NCBI RefSeq assembly: GCF_022539665.2
Contig: NC_081333.1
Span: 1,922,001 to 1,986,000, forward strand
DNA length: 64,000 nucleotides
Origin: Daphnia carinata
Taxonomy: Eukaryota
Direction of reading: 5' to 3'
Shown: piece by piece, positions 58,601 to 64,000 of the stretch
How the letters are laid out: every line of letters begins with the position of its first letter
Position numbering within the stretch: the stretch's first letter is position 1
Program-made: the position numbers and the translations under genes
Notes under the pieces: model-generated
What the model was told of the DNA's origin: nothing
The model's database searches: none
What the model saw: the letters and a program-made list of their open reading frames with translations, nothing else

Positions 58601-59699
58601 GTCGTATGCACGGTGAAGATCTTTAGACATTCTTCTTTTCGTTTTTGTAAACTAAAAGGATTTTTTTAAACCTTACCCCGTCTACGGTAGGGTCGTTCTA
58701 CCCTCCATTTCTCCCTTCTCACGGCATATTTCCAAGTCGTTATTCGTTTTGAACGAAAGAAAAAAAAATGTATTGAACTGACGAGATGACAGGTGTAAAG
58801 CGCATCTCTCCCTCCCTCCCCCCCCCTTTCAAAGGTAAAAGCTTTTCTTTTATGTTTAAGGGGAGGGATAGAAAGAAGAAATGTTTATTTTTTATGTTGC
58901 AATCGATCTCAGGTCGGGGCGACCTTAAACTGATCTTTTTTTTTTTGTTCGCCCAGTTCTTAAAACAATTTTTTTATTATTACGTTTTTTTAAAGAGTTA
59001 AAAAGGCAAACGAACATCATTACGTCTTTCTTTTATTGGCTTCGTTTTCAAGGGGGAGGTTTTCGTTTTTCTCAGCTCCCGCGTTTTTTGTTTTTCTTGA
59101 ACTTAAAAAAAAGGCTCATCTGTTTCTCGTCTTTCTTAAGTTTTTACGACAAGACACGCTAATACATGTTTAACGTAACATAACGATCTTTATTACATTT
59201 CCCTCTTTTTCTTTTATTCTTAATGAAGAGATTCTCTGCCGTATCCGCAACAATGCACTACCTAATAACACACGACGAGTGAAGTAAAAAGAAACAAAAA
59301 CAGACACAATTGGACCATTTTGTCTCATTTTCATATTCTGGAATTTTTTTTTTGTTTTATTTTTTAAAAGGGGAGGACAATTTGTTATTTTACCTCCCCC
59401 ATTTTGTACGTATCCGTGTGACTGCGCTCTTTCCGAGATTACGATCGCCACATATGTAAACGACTGTCTTCCTTTTTCCGTCATAAACTGTAAGAGTAAT
59501 ACCTAACAAAAAAACGAGTAGAGTTTCCGTTCTTTCAACCATTTAATCATCTCCCACCCCCCCCACCCCCCCCCCATTTTTTTTTGTAATGCGTAAATAT
59601 TATAACGCAAACCGAGAAAAATTGATGTAATGCCGTTTTGGTTCGTTTAGTTTCTACGTATCGTCGTCCTGGCGGGCTAGTTAGCTCTAGCGCGATGTA

Positions 59700-60340
59700 T
59701 TCGGTGCTACTTCAAAAACGGTTGACTCAGTGAAAAAAAAAAGAACAATTTTCCCGGAATCAGCGTTCAATTTTTAGTGTATTTTGTGATATTAAACCAA
59801 TTCCAGTGAGTGTCAGTTTTTGCACATTTTTGAGAGAAAATTCCCACGGTCATTTTTCATGTTTATCTCACAAAAAATTAGTTTGACAGCAAAATAAATG
59901 CATTTTTCGAAATCAGCGTTAAATTTTACATTACAACAGGTGATTTTGATCCAATTCCGGAAGAGGTCCATTTTTGCCGATTTTGACAAAAGTGAGAAGG
60001 CTATAGCCTTCCCACTTTTTCGTTTTTGGCAAAATTATAAATATCGTTTAAAATACAAGGTTTCCATTTAAAATTGAACGAGAAGCACGAAAATCAAGTT
60101 TGTTTTTATATCGGGCTTATAGTTTTTAAAATAAATGAAATAAATGAATGTTTGCTGGTGAATTCTGACTAAAAAAATAAGCCCGACAAAATAAGCCCGA
60201 CTTTTCAGGATTTTTTGTTTCTTCCACAAACATAGATAAAACAAAGATGAACTAGATTCAAAATTAAACGAGAATCACGAAAATCAAGTTAGTTTTTAGA
60301 TTGGGCTTATAGTTTTTGAAATAATTGTAAAAAAAAATGA
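59700..60340. mobile_element. Rearranged copy of the TAAGCCCGAC foldback/MITE family
   Basis: ~59745-59820 is the reverse complement of ~35222-35295; ~59988-60130 matches ~35942-36090; tandem aataagcccgac at ~60177-60201. Confidence 0.75.
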
Positions 60341-63300
60341 AAGGACATATTTTTGCGTTATGCACAGGGTATAACGTATAATAGAGCTAATTACATCTAT
60401 CTGCTCTGATATTCCTGCCTTCCTTACATAACGAACATCCGAACTTGAATATTCATTTTCGAATTCGTGTATTGATTGAAGGGCGTAACGTTCGTCTTCT
60501 CAGAGGGCGACAAATCACAGCTGTACTGAAACAGCTTTATGTTTTGCAATTAATTATATGCCGGAGAGTATCATTCTTTTTTTTTTTCCTTGTATCGTGG
60601 AAAAAAAAAACAAGAATTAAAGAGTAAATCAAAAATCAGGGCGGGAGTGAAACTTGAAGGGTGCTGAGAACGAAAGATAATATAAATTAAACGAAGTGCT
60701 GAAAAGGGGGGGGGGACTGACTTGTCGACGTCGTTTTAACACATATTGTCTTGTGTTTTTATGTATATCCAACTCTTTCATCTAAGCTCAATAAAGAGCG
60801 AAATGGTCTACGCCGAAAAAAATAACGAAAGAGAGACCCAGATATATAAAAGAACATTATCAACAAAAAAAGAGCGAGGAAGACAAAATTGGGCCAATAC
60901 GAGCAAAGGGATGGCGTTGCATAAATCTGAGCATGGGAACTAGTGTGGAACAAACGCATGAGCCCCTATGGCAAGGAGCTCTATATTTAGTTCATGGAAC
61001 ACAACAATAAGAAGAAATCCCTTGATAAACATCAGCCAATGAAATTTCCAAACTTGACTGGCCAAGCGCCGCACACGTCCAGCTAACAGCGACACGTTCC
61101 GTGTGGAACGTTTCTCGCTAGAAATAAATGACGTCATATCCTCATTACAAAACGTAACTGTTCATTCTTTGGGAGAGGATGCCTTTTGCAATTGCTTCGT
61201 GTCTAAAGTATTAAACACATCTCCAGCCCTGTGTCTGAATAAACAGAGGACGAATATAAACACACGGCCTCTCTTCTTCTTTCCTACGGTTTATTTAGAT
61301 ATACGGGTTCATCCTTTAACATTTCGCGTCGATATTGACACGACCTGCATTTTCACTTTGCGGTCGGTGACGAACCAGAGCGCGGGTTTGATTGACAGCA
61401 AAACGCAAGCGGCATATGGAAAAGGCTTACGTGTTATTAGAAATATACAAGGCCTTGGGTGTTTTTCTTGGAATAAAAAAGGAAGAAACGGAAGGAGGTC
61501 ATCGGCGCGTCAATAATCATTGTGCGCGTTTGCGCGAGTTTATTTTTTTGCGGCACAATTGCGCTACATTACACGTGTGCGTCTTCGGAATCGACGGTGA
61601 CGAGCACCGCCTTATGGCCCTCTTACGTTATTCAAACAGACATGTGAAAAAAGGGCCTCCTTTTTTTTTTTTTGAATAAATTTTGTCTCTTTCCCCCCTT
61701 CAAAAAAAAATGGTTTCAAATAATGTCTGTTTGTTCTCTATAGGCTCGCAATGGAAGCCTGAAAAAAAACTAGACTTCGTTTCGTCTCTTGGTGATTGCA
61801 ATCATTTCCGTGCGGTGTTTTCCTAATGGTTCATTGTTCCCGCCGAAAAAAAAAAAAGGAAGAAAACTTTCACGTGTATCACGACCGGTCTATCCGGTCT
61901 CCGTGAATAGCTTCTGCATTTGGGACACTTTCCGCTCGTATTTTTTTTTTTATTGTTTGTACGATTCTTCTTTTCCCATTCGAATTTGTTTTTTGTTTTT
62001 TTTTTTTCAGTTCTATATTTGTTGTTACATTTTTTGTTTTCTATAGAAAAAGAAATAGCCGAAAGGAAAGATTTATTAAGAAAAAGTGCTTGTGCTCAAG
62101 TAGGTCCATCGTCCGAATGATGTGTTGTTTCTTATATATATATACTGTATATATGTATACCTGCTACATATTTCAACTCTTGGTTTTCTCTTTTTGATTT
62201 CCATTGATGGTCCCGACCGAGATTTCAGCCCACCTCAATCCGGCTATAGCACCTTTCCGCTTCACCTAAATAAATACAAATGCCGTGATGCGCGTATGCA
62301 TTATCATATTTTTCCTTTTTTCTTTTTTTTTTTTTTTTTTTTTTGAATAATAATAATTAAACAAATAAAAAGTCATAACCTATGAGAACAGCTTTGGGAA
62401 CGACAGTATAATATTGGGTACACATTATTAACTTATTAGCTCATTGCAATCTAAAAATGCGCGTTTCTTTTTATTTTTTTTTATTCAGTAAATTGGGTCA
62501 TTAGATTTCGAACGTAATCAAAACTGCGAGAGGCAAATGAAACGTAGTTTGAAAGCGAAATATAGCGCTAGGGGTTTTTATATGTGTATAACCTTATTGT
62601 TCCTCTTTGGGGTTTTTTTTTTTTTTTTTAATTACCTTTAAAAACAAAACAAAAATGATGATAAGAATGACGTCGTAACCAAAAACTGCGCTTCGATAAG
62701 AAATGCACATAGCAAAACGTTGACGATATGGCGCTGAAAAAGGCGATGCGCTAGTCGATTGTTTTTTTTTTTCTTCTTTAGTTTTAAAGATATTGAAGAT
62801 TGCCCATTTCGATAGAGACGAAACATCAACGATGACCAAAAATAAAAAGACAAGCAACGGGACTTTTTTTTTTTTTTTTTTTTTTTCAAAAGAAAAAAAA
62901 AACATAAGATCCAGACGTGGAGGCTATAAAGAAAATATCGAATGACGGATGAACTTTGCTTGTATTGACTAAACATTTTTGTTGTTGTGGTTTTTGTTTA
63001 GCTGTCGTTCCTTTCTTTGGCATCTGCGTGTTTTCTAAAATGCAATTCCCCATTTTTTCTTTCTTTTTGTTTTTCGCCAAACGTTTCGTTTACATTTGAA
63101 TATGGTCACGAGGATGCCCAGCTCTTGCGAGACGTTTGTGTGTGTATACAGAAAGCAATGCGCTGAACGTCTTTGCGATTTCCGGATTTGTTGAACGGAG
63201 AAGATTCGGGTCACGTGACGTATCTTACGCTGTCGGATTATGTTTGGCTAAGTAAATCATTGCTGAGAATGGCACGAAAATGAAGGAGTTTTGCGAAGAA

Positions 63301-64000
63301 GCCCAATTGGACATTAGTCTCTGGATGCAATTGAGTCTATCCCCCAAAAAAGAAAATGGGGACAACGTTGTAACGTTATATTCTTTTCTGCAATGGAACA
63401 GGCCCTTTTTTTTTTTCTTCTCTCTTCTTTTACAAGAGATCCTATATGCATACGATTGAGTCACGTCCAATCCTATACGGACATGGATAAACATAAAACA
63501 GCACGACACCTTCATTATGGAGCCGACAACATTTGTGGCATTCGCTTATTTCTTTTTGTTTGGGTCGTGTAATCATTTCTCTATACATGACCACGCATCC
63601 TTGATCCAGGCATAGGACGCAACACGTATATGCAAATCATAAGTCAACACATTTCAGCCGTGTTCAAAATGGCTAGTTTTATTTAAAAAAAAAAAAAAAA
63701 TTTCGTGATAAACTAAACAATCTGGTCCTTGAAGTTTGTGTTGCGTAATAGACCTTCTTCAACGGAAGGGGATGTAGAAAGAAAAGCGTCATCAAGGTGT
63801 GCGTATTAACGGGGTTAAAAACGGTGAGCAGGTCAATGTTTTGGGTTCCCTTGCGTGTTAACTGCAGATAGAAAGGCCAGACTACATTGTGCGACCGTGA
63901 TTGTACGTTTAATTCAATTGAAGGGAAAGGCGAAGGCATAGAATGGAAATTTATGTAGGGAGAATATGAAACAAGAAAAAAACAAAGTTGATAATTTCAT

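Noticed and set aside
46700..64000. Many 60-185 aa ORFs rich in F/K runs, and partial miRNA seed look-alikes such as TAATACTG near 52693
   Set aside because: ORFs reflect poly-A/T tracts with no motifs; seed matches do not extend to a known mature miRNA or hairpin.

Overview
Eukaryotic, intron-rich genomic DNA with many ~60-100 bp introns. Gene content and intron size suggest a cladoceran crustacean such as Daphnia (inference). Region 1-25.2 kb and region 37.5-46.7 kb are gene-dense: tRNA-Leu(UAA) with an intron, Mre11, two tandemly duplicated tail-anchored ADP-ribosyltransferase genes of a bacterial-toxin-like (HYD1-type) family around tRNA-Lys(CUU), a secreted neprilysin, a secreted Pro/His/Lys-rich multi-peptide precursor, orphan genes, an intronless tetraspanin, Rpt4, Rpn12, MCM5 (hosting a C/D snoRNA antisense to U6), GST-omega, RpL10A (with an intronic rRNA-mimic element), ebi/TBL1 and IFT80. 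Region 25.7-36.3 kb is a repeat island with a truncated vasa pseudogene, degenerate tRNA-like units, a ~4.9 kb palindrome and a nested foldback element. Region 46.7-64 kb shows no convincing coding sequence. The best novelty candidates are the fast-diverging membrane-anchored ART pair, the apidaecin-style candidate antimicrobial polyprotein and the palindrome as a possible hairpin-RNA locus. All calls were made by eye; multi-exon CDS coordinates run from start to stop codon and include introns.
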